Below, piece after piece: positions 38,027 to 51,627 of a stretch of 64,000 nucleotides of DNA. Origin of the DNA: Botryllus schlosseri (Eukaryota); assembly GCA_051294905.1 (NCBI GenBank), contig CM119371.1:19284001-19348000 (forward strand), written 5' to 3'. The notes below the pieces were generated by a model. That model ran no database searches, was not told the DNA's origin, and saw only the letters and a list, made by a program, of their open reading frames with translations. Position 1 is the stretch's first letter. Every line of letters begins with the position of its first letter. Made by a program: the position numbers and the translations under genes.

Positions 38027-41000
38027 CAGTGGCGGCTCGTGACAATATCGGGTGGTTGGGCAAGGGTTGCAAGCGACTTTTTATTAAGATGACGTCACCA
38101 TGGCGTTTTCCAACGTAAACAAGTAACTTAACACTAGAACGAACAAGTGGCTTTTTTGACGCATTTTCATTTTTGAAGAGCTGGCATTCAGTCAAATCTT
38201 ACGCCCTTCGGCTGAAACTTCTTGACTTTTATTTATTTTATGTAGGCCACCTTACCTATGATTTTCATCACTCATCTAGTACAAATAAAAAAGTTATACA
38301 CAGAACTACCTAGAACTACCGAGTGGCTTTTGTGACGCATTACAGTTTTTCTACCTTAAGGCATCGCAGTTTCATATTCTTGAAAGTGGTTATGTATCTG
38401 CTAGACGCAGAAAAGTCGTTTGTAACAACAGAACTTTGTTAATATCGACTTGGTCTAACTGTGTTAGCAACAACATCCCTTGTAATAGAAGGCCGTGGAT
38501 CTTCCTCGTTCCGAGTCCCCAAAGCTCTGTAATCTTATATTTCTGAAGCTCGACGTGTTACAGGGCATGGCATTTGAAAAGTACCACGAGACCAAGCCGA
38601 CATCTGTATTGTCCATACTAATATACTATAGGGTTGTACAAGGGCAAAGGGCCTTTGCACTCGTCTACGAGATGGATCTTCGAGGGGAGATGGAGCTGAA
38701 TCTTGTAAATCGAATGCATATGAGAACTGAGGGCATGAATGCATTATGTTTAGTCAGACCCTTTCGAGGAACAGATTTATGGAAGTCATGAGCTTTCTAT
38801 TGACATAACGAGGAAAAAAAGGTGTAGACTCGATAAAGATAATATTGTTTTCGTTAATTACATGGTCGAAATGCCACCAAATAATTGGGGTAAAATGTCA
38901 GATGGTGGACGCTGCTGCTGCCTAGTATTTGTACAAGGGCGTCTCGTATTTAGGCAAGGATAGGACAGGACACCTCGTCTATAAGCTATACATTTGCCAA
39001 GCATCGTAATGTGAAGAGTCTGATGTAATCCATCTCGAAACAATGTTACGTGAATGTGGCTGTATACGCTTGGAAAGGCAAGCGAAGTCCCAGTTGACAC
39101 TATTGTCAAAAGTTGCTTGAAGCTACCCAGGACCAGAAGGAACACAGGCAGCCTCATGTATCCACACTTTTCAAAGCTATCATCTTGTTGATAAGCGTAA
39201 CGGCGAGATGCCAGTGTATAGAGATCGAAGTTTTACACCTATATATTGAGTTCACTCCAACCGAAGGTAACTGTTTCCTTCAGAAACAACACAAACAAGA
39301 AACCAGTGTCGGTTAAATGTTATAACGAAACAAAACCAGGGGGATATTATTGGCCAGGTTTCAAAGCAGTATTCTATGAAGGTACCAACAAGTCGACGAT
39401 GGTCCGGGCATGTTTTCTTAGAATGTAAATGATCTTCTACTTGCCAAAATGCCGATACTATAAAAATATGCAAATCCAGGGTTAGTTGCGAGATTGCATT
39501 ATGCAAATCTTATCTGATAAGCTTTGTGATATGTCAGCAATAACCAAGAATGGTGTGGCTAAGGCGGATCTGGAACCTACTCCAAATTTGTAAAGAACGT
39601 GCTCAAATACCAAATGCGCACCAGAACAACACTTATAGGCCTATGTTGCACCAAAAAAACGGCGATTTGTTATATAAGCGTTGCACTAAGGTGTGTCTAA
39701 AATATTGCAAGTAGCTGTGAGCGCAATAAACAATGGTTTCTGATGCCGTTTGTTGAGATTTGAGCTGATTTTTAACTCCATTGAATGCATTTAATCGAAG
39801 AAAATTAAACATGCGTCAAAAAAGCCACAAGGTAGTTCTAGGTAGTTCGAAGTTCCGGTAGTTCTAGTGTTAATGATGGTACGGTAACATGAATTTGCCG
39901 GCAATAGTGATTTTAACGTATGTGCCACGAGAGGTCCGCCGGTGAGCTGTGACTTGAAGTGTGGTAACTGCGTAAACGGCGTACGAAACAGAGATTCAAC
40001 ACGGTTCATGTTCGCACTAGACCTGGAAATGACTATAACTGGAGAGATAGCGTAAGCCTAACTAGAAAGGTCAACGAGTTCGGACAGATACGCAATTGTT
40101 ATCTCATAGCTTGGGCCTGTCATATTGAATCCAAAACATCATTTTGAAGAACTAAGAATAGCAGCCTCGGAAATTCGGTCTCGGTACAGCATAGGAGATT
40201 TTGGCCTTGAAACTGGAGACTGTAACACAACACATACGGCTTTATTACTGTCCAATGTCCATAGGTCTGCTGCGAAATCGCCTTTGGAAAATATATTACC
40301 GAATAAATACGTGGATGTAAGCTTTAAACTTAGTACACTGTTACATGACATCATCGAGAAGTGGTCTCATGGCCCTTTTCGGTATGGTACACTGTCAAAA
40401 TTAATGCGAACAGACCAACACCGAATTTTGCGCAAAATTTACTGAGGAACAGGCTAATTAAGTGATCAGCTGTTAGCCGCCGTCGAAAACGAAATAGCTA
40501 TCGCGCTCGACAGCAGGGGGTTGTGAGCAAATGGCTTGAAGGCCACAATTTCACGGTGAAATTGACATTGGAGAATATAATATCAAAGTAAATATTTGAA
40601 TGCAAACTGAGAATGATATCATCATCTCAGTTAACGTTAGCGCAGATACACCGGCTTTTGCGTGAAATACGCAATGCGTTGTATGCTAAAGTGTCAGATC
40701 GGAGCACATCTCTACCATACTCGACCTTGATAACGAAATTACTGCCCTAATCACTGAGTATCAACCTTGAGACTTGGCAGAGCGTTCGATACTAAAACCA
40801 AGATATACCACGCAAAAGCTTATGACTGATCTAGGTAAGGAGCATCGTTAAAATCAATAGATACCAATACCGGCTTTGCATATAATCTGTTAGCGATAAA
40901 TGACGAGTCAGCTCTCACTCGAATTAGGAAACGAAATTACCACTAACACAGTTCAGTGACAAACTTAAAACTTTGTACAGCGTTCGATACTAACATTACG

Positions 41001-41693
41001 ACTTACCGTGCCAAATTTCATAACCGATCTCAGTATTGAACATCGTCAAAATCAATGGATACCAATACCGGCTTTTGAGTAAAATCTGTTTGCGATACAT
41101 GGCGGATCAGCACACACTCAACTTCGGAAACGGAATTACTACCCTAAACTTTAAGTAGAAACCCTGAAACTGAGGGCAGTGTTAAATACCACCATCACGA
41201 CATGACATACCAAGTTTCAAGAGTTTTCATGGTGTGAAACACCATCAAAATCGACCTATACCAGCAAAGGTCGACTAAACGCGTATTACGGTAACCGAGT
41301 TCAGATATAGATACGATTGTTACATCACACCTTAGGGGCGACCAGGCATATTTGCCCCGCTTGCTCGGCCATTTTACGAATAGGAGAGAGTAAATCACCG
41401 TTTCTTTATTGTGCGCGGCTTTGAGAGAATAGACAGTGAAAGCTTGATATGAGCGCTACCGGGGCATGCCCCGGCTAGGCATTCGCAAAGCGAAAACACG
41501 GAAGAGAATTCGATTTTCGCAGGACTTCGCTATATATGGGCATTTACAAGCGAAAGGACAAGAAGAATAGGATTTTCGCTGTGATTTGGGTATATGGAGA
41601 TTGGTGTGTGTCTATAAATGGTAAAGAATTGTTATTGAACAGAATATTAGGTGGGGCAATGCCCCGGTTGCCCTATAGGACGAGCCGCCACTG
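38027..41693. mobile_element. hAT-type element hosting a piggyBac
   Basis: TIR CAGTGGCGGCTCGT / ACGAGCCGCCACTG; perfect TSD GCTTGTAC (38019-38026, 41694-41701). Confidence 0.88.
38132..39869 (+). mobile_element. piggyBac relic with decayed transposase
   Basis: TTAA on both sides, TIR CACTAGAAC / GTTCTAGTG. Frameshifted remnants LSRNRFMEVMSF, YLGKD, KKPVSVKCYNETK, KQYSMKVPTSRRWSGHVF resemble PGBD-type transposase motifs. Confidence 0.85.
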
Positions 41694-42771
41694 GCTTGTA
41701 CCGCCCTAACTCACCCGCCTATGCCATGAATCATAAGCTTATTTGGTTCGGCTACAGGTCCAGTAATATCGCAATGGCAGATACTCAGTCGAATTGAATG
41801 GGGAGGGTTGTAATGACTCGACTTGAGTTGCGACTTTTCGGTGACTCGACTTGACTCGAGTCATTTTTTCAAAATACGGAAAATGACATTACACTATCGG
41901 AGTCATAACACTATGACTCGGACTCGTGCCTCTGAACACCCTTTTATGGCATTTTCCAGTTGTCTTTGTATACGATAGCTTGACTCTCAAAGCTATAAAG
42001 CAAGACGAATTTAGAAAAAGGAAGACATTTGGGCGTCATCGGAAGACATTTTTGATATGGTTACCGCTGTAATAGGTCGATTTTAATCAAAGTTGTGCCA
42101 GGCGATTGCATTACGGACTACTACCATTTTTAATTCAATGATTCGCAATTTACTTGTCCATCCCCGACATCTGAGTTACAGAATAAGCTGCAGAAAAAGT
42201 TCATAAAAATGGCGGGCGCCAATTGACTATGCGGCGATTTAATTGGCAAAGAAGCGTCTTGCAATGTTCAAGGTTGTGGTTCACATCAACCAAAATCTAC
42301 TTAGTAAACCACATTTATAATCTGCCCCCATTTCGTTGACGTGATATTTACTGGAAGTCTGAATCTGTCTTCTGTACTTAGTCGAGCATAGCAATGGACT
42401 AATTCTGAATCCAATCTGACACTGTATTCATATCGGTCCCTTTCACACTCAACTATTTATTGGCTGAATTCAAAGTCAGGTAGCGTTGCTGCATGTTATC
42501 TAATATGTAATGCAGTCTAGTAATTACATTGCTGCACTTCGCCCGATTTGCATTCGGCACACAAAGATCTTTGCATTGAGCATAAGATTCAATCACACAT
42601 CAGAAATGAAAACACAAACAGAACGTGTTGAGCACTACACAATAATCCGTAACAACTGATTTCCACATACTTTGAATTGTTCGAGACTATCATAATCAGC
42701 GATTAATGTAGTCAACGCACTTGAATTCGTGAGCAACAAATTATATCCAAACATAGTTTGATAGCTCAATC

Positions 42772-44154
42772 TCAATTTTTGACATCAACATGAATACCAA
42801 GATGTCTATTCAATTTAGATTTCCAAATAAATCGTTTTCCACAAACATCGCATTTATGACTTTTGATACCAACATGCATAGCCATGTGTATTCTGAGGTT
42901 ATCCCTTCCTGTGAATTCTTTCCCACATACATCACATTTATGGATTTCGATACCAGCATGCAAACGAAGATGCCTATTCAAGTTTGATTTCAAAGTATAT
43001 CGTCTCCCACAAACACCGCATTCATGGTTTTTGACAATAGCATGCACAGCCATGTGTATCTTCAGGTCACCTTTTCGCATAAATTCTTTTCCACAAACAC
43101 CACATGTGTGGTTTTTTACACCAGCATGAATAGCCATGTGTTTGGTGAGGTTATCGTTATGCTTGAAATCTTTCCCACAAACATTGCACTTATAATTTTT
43201 GACGTTGAAATGCATCTTCATATGGGTATTGAGGTCACCTGTTCGGGCGAATTCTTTTCCACAAACATCACATTCATGACTTTTGCCACTAGCATGCACA
43301 GCCATATGACACCTTAGGCCCATATTTTGTCTGAATTCCATCCCACAAACATCGCATTTATAGTTTTTGATGTCAGCGTGCAGATCCATGTGTGACTTGA
43401 GGTAAACTTTTGCCGCGAATTCTTTTCCACAAACATCACATTTGCAGCTTTTACCACCGGCATGCACCGGCACATGTGAACGGAGGCCATCCAGTTGCAC
43501 GAATTCCTTCCCACAAACATCACATATATAATTTTTAACATCATTGTGAATATCCATGTGATTGTTTAGATTGCTGATATGAGCAAATGTTTTCCCGCAA
43601 ATGTCACATCCATGATTCTTGACATCGACATGCATAGTCATGTGATTCGTCAGGTTACTTTTTCGCACAAATTCTTTTCCACAAACATCACATTCATAGA
43701 TTCCAGCACTAGCATGCATAGCCATATGTAGCTTGAGGACTTGATTTTGCGTGAAATCTTTTCCACAAATACCACATTTATGATCCTTGACACCAGAATG
43801 CACGTCCATGTGTCTCTTGAGGTGACTCTTTCGAGCATATTCTTTTCCACAAACATCACATTTATGATTTTTGACCTCAAAATGCATATCCATGCGAGTC
43901 TTGAGGAGTCCATTCCGAGACAATTTTTTTCCACGAACATCACAGTTATAGCTTTTCACTTCGGCAGATTTAGCTTCATGAATATTGATGCTGCACTTTC
44001 TAATGCATTTATCACGGCGAATGTCGCATTGGTCATATTTTGCTTCATCATCTTTGCTCAGAACCTTCAACTTCGTGTTAGAATCAATTGAGAACGATTC
44101 CCCGTCCATCTCGATGCAGGTTGTTTGGAAACAGCGAAGCACAAACGAATTCAA
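42772..44154 (-). CDS. Tandem C2H2 zinc-finger protein (13 intact fingers), paralog of 11376-13103
   Basis: Open reading frame with repeated CxxC-x12-HxxxH units; first in-frame ATG at 44109 (MDGESFSIDS); flanks also homologous to the first paralog. Confidence 0.92.
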   Translation of the reverse strand: MNSFVLRCFQTTCIEMDGESFSIDSNTKLKVLSKDDEAKYDQCDIRRDKCIRKCSINIHEAKSAEVKSYNCDVRGKKLSRNGLLKTRMDMHFEVKNHKCDVCGKEYARKSHLKRHMDVHSGVKDHKCGICGKDFTQNQVLKLHMAMHASAGIYECDVCGKEFVRKSNLTNHMTMHVDVKNHGCDICGKTFAHISNLNNHMDIHNDVKNYICDVCGKEFVQLDGLRSHVPVHAGGKSCKCDVCGKEFAAKVYLKSHMDLHADIKNYKCDVCGMEFRQNMGLRCHMAVHASGKSHECDVCGKEFARTGDLNTHMKMHFNVKNYKCNVCGKDFKHNDNLTKHMAIHAGVKNHTCGVCGKEFMRKGDLKIHMAVHAIVKNHECGVCGRRYTLKSNLNRHLRLHAGIEIHKCDVCGKEFTGRDNLRIHMAMHVGIKSHKCDVCGKRFIWKSKLNRHLGIHVDVKN

Positions 44155-46012
44155 TAATGAAGTGAAAACGTTCGATTACAGATGTGTTGATGAATAGGCT
44201 AATAATATTTGGAGTTATAGCAGACTGGAATGAAAAAATCATCGTTAGATATCTGCAACCCAACATTCTTAACACAGTAATGACGCAAAATAAATATGTA
44301 TTTGACGTCAACAAACTTGAAGCCTACATACATTACACAAAAAAAAAATTTATAAGTAGAATACTATTGCTGTCTACAGAAGAATAACGGCTTCTAATAT
44401 CGTTATCTCAGTCTCATATATGATCCATATGTTGGTGAAAACGATATCAATGAGCTAATCCTTCTTTAACAATCTAGTGTTTAGAAAAATTCATACTCAC
44501 AAATTTAATATTGTGGTTGGGTCAACATGTCACAACCTCACATGTACCTTTATGTTATATCAAATGGGTTGCTTTTGCTGAGTAGATGCATGTTGAATTT
44601 AAGAGCATAGTTCAGTATCCCGCTATTTTACCTACCGAAATTCAATATGAGATCCCTGAGCATGGGTCTATACCAGTGGTTCTTACCCAATGTTCCATGG
44701 GACACTGGGGATTTCGTGGGCGTGAGGACAGTCCAATAATTATAGGATATTGATTTTTGAGAATCCGAATCCGTCCGACAGCTTGCGTGTCTGTGAAACT
44801 ATTCGTCCGAATCCAAAGAATCTGAACCAACTATAATACTATATCCGAAAATCTCGTCCAAAAATCCGTACAACTGAGCTGAGATACAGTTCTGCACTGG
44901 AATATCACTATAATTGTTTGGGATCGGGCATGTTATTTGTTATTCTTTATTTGATGACGTTTTTAGGGGAATCAGTTTCCAGTTCAATTGTCCTTTATTT
45001 CTATTTCGCTTTTCTAATCATTCTAATTGTCTGATTTCAATCCTAATTGTCAGGGTTGTAACCAAGTCACGAGGCCCCGAGTAACAAGTCAATCTCACTC
45101 TTGTAGTTTTGACTCGAGTCAAGTCGACTCATTTTCAATTCACCACCGAGTCAAGTCCGAGTCCAAGTCATCGAGCAGAGGGCCGAGTCATGGTATTATG
45201 ACTCGAGTCCAAGTCATTGTATTGACTGCTCAGTTTCTAGTTAAAGTCTTGTTAAACCCCCTGTATTACCTGTTTAGTGATATCGAATGGTTCGCATTTA
45301 CAATATACTAATTTTCCCCATTTTTAGCAGTTTCTGGTCGCATTTTCAAGTACCAGTATCAACAGACGAAATCCCAATATTGTGATTACTTTACTATTCC
45401 TTGAAATTATAATGAAATGCCGGTCTTGGTCGTCTGTGTCTCGAGTCCTAAGACTTGGTTCGAGGCATGCGCAATAGGGTTGTCCAAAATTTGGAAAATC
45501 TTGAAAATACTCCGTGATTGTGTCTCATTCTATAGATTATTCATAAAAAACAACAATGAGCCTGAAAGAAGCTCATAGGAAAGCCGATAAGATTTCGGGC
45601 AAAGCGTTTGAAAGTAGCTGCCCAATAATGGGCGTGCCACCGACCATAGAACGGCGAGAAGACTAGTAACCAAATAACCACGGCTCTTGATTGACTAATC
45701 GGCTATGCTTCAATGATCACGACAGCAGCAGCTGGCTGATTAGGTGTTCAGCGAGTCTGCTACCGGCGGGGATTCTTAAAGCGCATAGGTAGTTGGTTGG
45801 CAGATGATGATTTAAGAATAATTCGGGACATGTTTAGGTACGAAATACATGATGAACAAACAACAACTGCTTCACAAAATCTTTTACAGCATGACTGCTT
45901 TATTGTGAAGGAAACTGCTGTAGCCTACATGTCGTGTTTTCATCGAGGGAAAGCAAAGGCGCTTATGCAAGTGGTGAACGAATACCTCGTTTCAGAAGCG
46001 ATCCATCATCAG

Positions 46013-46565
46013 TGAATACAAATATAAAGCATAACTATGACACTATACTTTGTGTGATCTTATTGGGCTCAAGCTGTAGAATATAGGTGACGTTTTGAAT
46101 GCTATAGGGATCGGCTGAATCAGCGGGTTATGCTTGGCACTTATCAGATGCTTACAGCAGATTGAATTCACTTGTAAGTGTTCTCAAAGTCCCTAATGAT
46201 AACGCAGAAGAGAGGTGTAGATGTACGCACAGGCTATGCTGGATATGGTATGTCAAAGTCCTTATTGATCCCGCAGAAAAGAGATGTAAAGAAAAGCACA
46301 GACTATGCTGCATAGTATCCAGCATAGTTTGGATATCATATCCAGTATAGTCTGTGCTTACTTTACACCTCTTTTCTGCATCATCATCAAGGATTTTGAC
46401 AACACTTACAAGTTATTTCAATCTGCAGTAAGTATAACTGCCAAGCATAACCGGCCGATTCAGTCGATCCCTAGAGCATTCAAAACTCCAACTATATACT
46501 ACAATTTGGGTCCAATGAGATCACACAAAATATAGTGTCATAGTCAAGCTTTATATCTGTATCAT
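46013..46565. mobile_element. Foldback/palindromic MITE
   Basis: Left ~230 bp is the imperfect reverse complement of the right ~230 bp (e.g. ACTATGACACTATA / TATAGTGTCATAGT). Confidence 0.75.
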
Positions 46566-47424
46566 CATAGTCATCCACCTGGCAATGTGGAGAGAAAAAC
46601 GTTATATTTTGAGCTGTGAGCGAAAGTGATGCCCTTTTTTTTTTACGTCAACCGATCACGAAGTGGGAGCAATTTTACGGGTTTTTGAGAATTCTTCTCC
46701 AGTTTTGCATGTCTGAAATTTCTGAAAAAGTGTCCTCTTTTTACATTTCCAAAATATGGTAAGCCTAATCAAGTAGGGCTTTTTTGGGTCTATTATAAGG
46801 CAATTCACGGATATGTGGTGGTAATGCATTCCAGATGATAGGTCCCGAGTAGTCGATAGATCTCTTAGTTAGGTTGCTATTGGGTGGGGGTAAGTAGATA
46901 TTTCCTTTAGACGAGGATCTCGTGTAGTGGGAGTGGACATTTTTAGAAGGCATGAAAAAGTCATCAAACACAGGAGGCAAACTACTGGAAAAATATTTGT
47001 GAATGACTTTTGATACTTCGAAGCGATATAGTTTGTCAACTTGCAAAATTCGGTGCTCACGGTAGAAAGGCGATAGTTTGGTACGTAAAGGTACAGATGA
47101 GATCAGTCGTATCGCACGGTTTTGCAGGGTTCGAATTCTGCACAAAAATGTTGTGCATGCACTTACCCATACTACGATTCCATATTGCAGGTGAGAGTGG
47201 AAAAGAGAGAAATAGATGGTTCGTAGTATTGATCTGGAGACCAAAAGATTGCAGAAGGGTCATTATTCTCACACACCGTGCTAGTTTTGATATTGTGAAT
47301 TCAATATGCTGCTTCCAAGACATTTTGGCATCGATGGTGACGCCGAGATATTTTGCTGAGTCACATATGGAGATTTGTTTATGATTGATGTTCACAGTGA
47401 AACTATGATTGGCATTATTTAAAA

Positions 47425-48243
47425 CAGGGGTGTCAAACATACGGCCCGCGGGCCGCATCCGGCCCGCCAGACGATTTCATCCGGCCCGCGAAGCAATTCT
47501 CAGTAGATTGAATAAATTCTATATTTTACAGCGTATTTGGTACAAATGATGAGATTTTTTGCAGCAATGAAATACTTCCATGTTCATAGGCCCCATTATA
47601 ACTACCCGACTACGGCGCTGTGGTTCCACTCTAGTTACCACTAGTAATAAGTCGGTGAAATTTACATCCAATTTCAAGAAAGCCAAAAGTGCAGAGTTTT
47701 ATACAAATATGGAGCGAAAACGCCAATGCGGAACCGTTATATGCAGTTTACTTTGAAAATATATTAGTTGCGAAAATATATAATTTCGATATCTATGGTC
47801 GCTCTGCTGTCGACCCAATAGACTCGCGGTTTAATAATAATAAACCAAATTCCAACGTCCGCGTTCCCAATTAAATATCTCGTATTCCTCACAATGCATT
47901 TGCTATGCAGGGCTAACGGGAGATTACGACTAAATCAAATGGAGCATGGAATATGCCAACTTATATATCGTTTATTTGTTGTAAACGCCACTGTTTTAGC
48001 GGTTCTTAACTGTATTCAACCGGACAATCGTCGTATTTTTGCCACTTCTATTGTTCGCGAATAAAGGTGTTGTGACTTTCTCCAAACGTCATGATCCGTG
48101 TATCATCTATACATGCTTTTATGGTATTCAATTAAAAAGCAAGAGCACGAGGTAACATTGTGGAATCAGTTGACTGGTCTGGCCCGCGAGTGATTTGAAG
48201 GCTTGAATCCGGCCCGCGAAGCAATTTTAGTTTGACACCCCTG
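47425..48243. mobile_element. hAT-type MITE inserted in the LINE
   Basis: TIR CAGGGGTGTCAAAC / GTTTGACACCCCTG; perfect TSD ATTTAAAA (47417-47424, 48244-48251). Confidence 0.9.
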
Positions 48244-48346
48244 ATTTAAAAGGAGCATCTCGGTCTTATCTGCATTCAAACTTAGTTTGTTTGCTGGTAG
48301 CCATTTCGACACTTTGGGGAGTTCCCTATTCACAGATGCATGCAAA

Positions 48347-48676
48347 CATAGTGTCCTATATGGTGTCGACACAGGCATATCTCACGCCTCAGTGAAATTG
48401 TATCACGTCACAATTTCCATTTGGCTACAGGCAATTTGATGGTCATTTTTGACAGGCTTTCCGAGCATTAAATTTGGTAAAACGGGTATCAATCGAAAGC
48501 TGACTCTGCACTGATTACGAAAATATAAATTTTATTCCGTTCGTGGCCCTGGAACTCCCACAATCAGCCTCGAATTTTTCATTGTTATGGAGATTGGCAT
48601 TGGGACGCAACAATGCTGAACAATGCTGTCTAGCTCTTTTTCTCTCGAGCTACTCTCTCGTTTCGCCATTACTATG
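48347..48676. mobile_element. CATAGTG-family MITE inserted in the LINE (P-element-like ends)
   Basis: CATAGT...ACTATG ends; 7-bp direct repeat ATGCAAA on both sides. Confidence 0.7.
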
Positions 48677-50473
48677 ATGCAAATCATCGACAGTGTTGGA
48701 GGTTATGAAGAGGTGAGTATCATCAGCAAATAGGGTTGTGCGGAATAAAGATGCATTAACAATGTCGTTAATATAAATGAGGAAAAAAGTCGGTCTAAGG
48801 ACTGAGCCTTGTGGCACTCCACAAGTTATATCTCTGGTAGTCGTTCTTGATGTCCCCAGTTTAACAAATTGTTTGCGGTTTGCCAGGTAGCTTTCAAGTA
48901 GAGTTGCTGCAATACCCCTGATTCCCTAGTGTTCTAGCTTGTATCTTAAGATTCTGTGGTTAACTGTGTCGAAAGCTTTGCGGAGGTCGATAAAAATGCT
49001 GCAGCCACTTTTTTTGCTTGATGGTTTTGTAATAGTCATAATGCTGAACAACCATCTTGAGATAAAGTCCCACAAAGACCGTGACGGTTGACTCCTAGGT
49101 TATGACTTCACTGTACTGTACTGACTACATGCGACTTTCATTTCGTGGTAATCATAATTCTACCAATCACAGTCGCAGTATCTTTTGTCAGCAGCCTGCC
49201 GTTTCATTCCACATCCTGATAATTGACGCAGAGTACCGCGTTTCCGCATTATGATGCAACACATATCGCAACATCACTTCGATTAACCATAGTGTCCTAT
49301 ATGGTGTGGACACAAGCAAATCTCACGGCTCAGTGAAATTGGTCCATGTCACTCTTTCCATTAGGTTAAAGGCAATTTGATGGTAATTTTTCACCGGCTT
49401 GCCGAGCACTAGGTTTGATAAAACAGGTATCATTCGAAAGCTACCCCAGTACTGATTGCGAAAATATAAATTTTATTCTGCTCATGGCCCTGGAAACCCC
49501 AAAAGCAAGCTCAAATGTTGCATTGTAACGGAGTTTGGCATCGTGACGCAACCATGGCGTCTGGGCAGCTCAGGAGCAAGTGTGTACGAGAGTGAGAGTG
49601 TGAATGCTCAATAGCTTATTTTGACCAATAGGTTAGTTTGAACAACAACGACGTATTTTTAAACTGAAATCAATTTCAGCATTTCATAATGCTCCAATAA
49701 GCGTTCTTCCGAATTCTCAAATCGGGTTACGGGCCGCAAAATATGACTTCGCGGTCTGCGTGTTGGTGACCCTTCTTTCAGATGCTACGATAAGACTAAT
49801 CTAGGTTTCAAGACTCCAACCATGTCAGGAAAGTGTCGGAAGTATAATTGTCTTTGATATTCTACCTCTTAGTCTGTTAGTCATAAGAGTGAACCAGATG
49901 TTATTTTCTACTTACGAGTAAGTAAAATGTTACCTATAGTAATTCGGTTTCAGAATATGCTGAAGTGGATGTAGCTATAAGCTTGTCAAATCTTGAAATT
50001 GAATTCCGAGGCTGGCTGTGGTGGCTGCAATTCCATTTATCATTTGGCACATCTTTCGGGTGACTTAGAGGCAAAAATATCTTCATCTACTTCGATCTCA
50101 TTGTATCTAATATATATATATATATATATATTTATATCGTATCGAATAATTTTCCCTGACTATCGAACTATGGTACTGCCGTAATTAGGGTACTCTAATA
50201 TTGTAGGTGTCAAGCTCAACAGATTTTAGCTGTAGATATATCATCCGCACACTTGGCAGTGAACTGGACCAATGTTCCCTGTAATTTTTCACGAGTCTGC
50301 GCGCACTCACCAACTCACATCGCGGTCCTGGACAACAGTGCGTAGCGACTAGGAAAAAAGGTCATCATTTCGGCTTTCTTGCGAGCGGTACACGTTTTTC
50401 TGTGCGCGGCGACTTTAAAAGCAGTGCGCGGCCGCACACGCGCGCAGCTTAGAGGGAACAGTGAACCGGACAC

Positions 50474-51627
50474 TAGCGTTGGGACACCGGGAAATCCCGA
50501 TCCCGGGATCCCGGGATTTGAAGTAATCCCGTTTCCGGGATTAATCCCAATGAAATCCTGGGATTTGTAAACATTATCTACCAAGCCTTACGTAGCCCCA
50601 TATACATTATTTTGGCAATAAAGTAGTGTCACTAACTCGGCTGATTGTCTAAAAAAACATTGTTTCTTCCTTTTTTTCCTGCAGCGCCCTTTTTCGAAAA
50701 TTTCCCCGGTCTGCCCCCCTCCCCCATATTTTAAGGATATTTCGCCGACAAATTACGAAAACGTCTAAACGACGGTAGGCTACTCTTGATAACTAGTTCC
50801 CAACCATTTTGGATGTCGGAGCAGCATTCCAAACTTCTGAGTATACGGAGGGGGCCGTATTATTAATTAAAACACTCGAGTAGGCTAGGCTATTTAGGCT
50901 TACTTATAACTAAACTTTACCTAAGTGTTGGAGGTTTACCTAGGCTCCTCCTCGCCACCTCATCCGCGTCAGCGGTGTCTTACAAAAGCCTAGAGGTGGG
51001 CCGTGCTATAAGTCGGCAGTTACGGAAAATAAGAAGAATATCGGCCTGGTGTAAAGGACCATAGTAGTCGACAAACACCATGAATACCCAAAACAAACAA
51101 ACTAAACTTTAAAGGTAGCTAATAAATTTACCTCTGGATCTCACCATCGATAAGCTAACTCAAAAGCATGCACATTAGGGCTGTTCAAAAATAACCTTTT
51201 TTCCTAAATCTTGCTGGCTACGTGATTAAATCGTTAGGTTGCCTTAAATAACGACGCACACTAAATTTGAATTCATTTCAACCAATATTCACGGGTTCGT
51301 ACAGTTTGAAAATTTCGAATTTCCCCAAAAATGCAAAAAATATATTTTCAAATTTTTCTGCCAACCCCATGAAATTGTTGCGCTGTCTTCAAAAACTATG
51401 CAAAACAAATTTGACTCAATTCCAAGCCGTAAAAGCGGAGTTATTTGAGTTTTTCGTTGATAATTCTGGGATTACCCTTGATCGGTGATGGATTGATGCT
51501 CTGTTCAATATTACAAGGAATAAATGTTGTTTGTGTAGCTTGTATGTATGTGTATTTTACTATTTTGCTAATCCCGGGAAATCCCGGGATTGAGAAGCGA
51601 AAATTTGATCCCGAAGTCCCAACCCTA
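50474..51627. mobile_element. hAT-type MITE with CCCGGGAT subterminal repeats
   Basis: TIR TAGCGTTGGGAC / GTCCCAACCCTA; TSD CCGGACAC / CTGGACAC. Confidence 0.75.
50920..51099 (+). mobile_element. 5'-truncated family B SINE
   Basis: Near-identical to 19741-19925; TSD AACTAAACTTTA (50908-50919, 51100-51111). Confidence 0.88.

Larger units (their letters stand above)
46765..49040 (-). pseudogene. CR1/L2-clade LINE ORF2 (reverse transcriptase) relic, interrupted by two DNA transposons
   Basis: Minus-strand motifs IFIDLRKAFDTVNH, CGVPQGSVL, IYIND, LFADDT, NKLSLNADKT, KYLGVTID, YFSLFHSHLQYG, YSGPIIWNALP. Confidence 0.92.
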
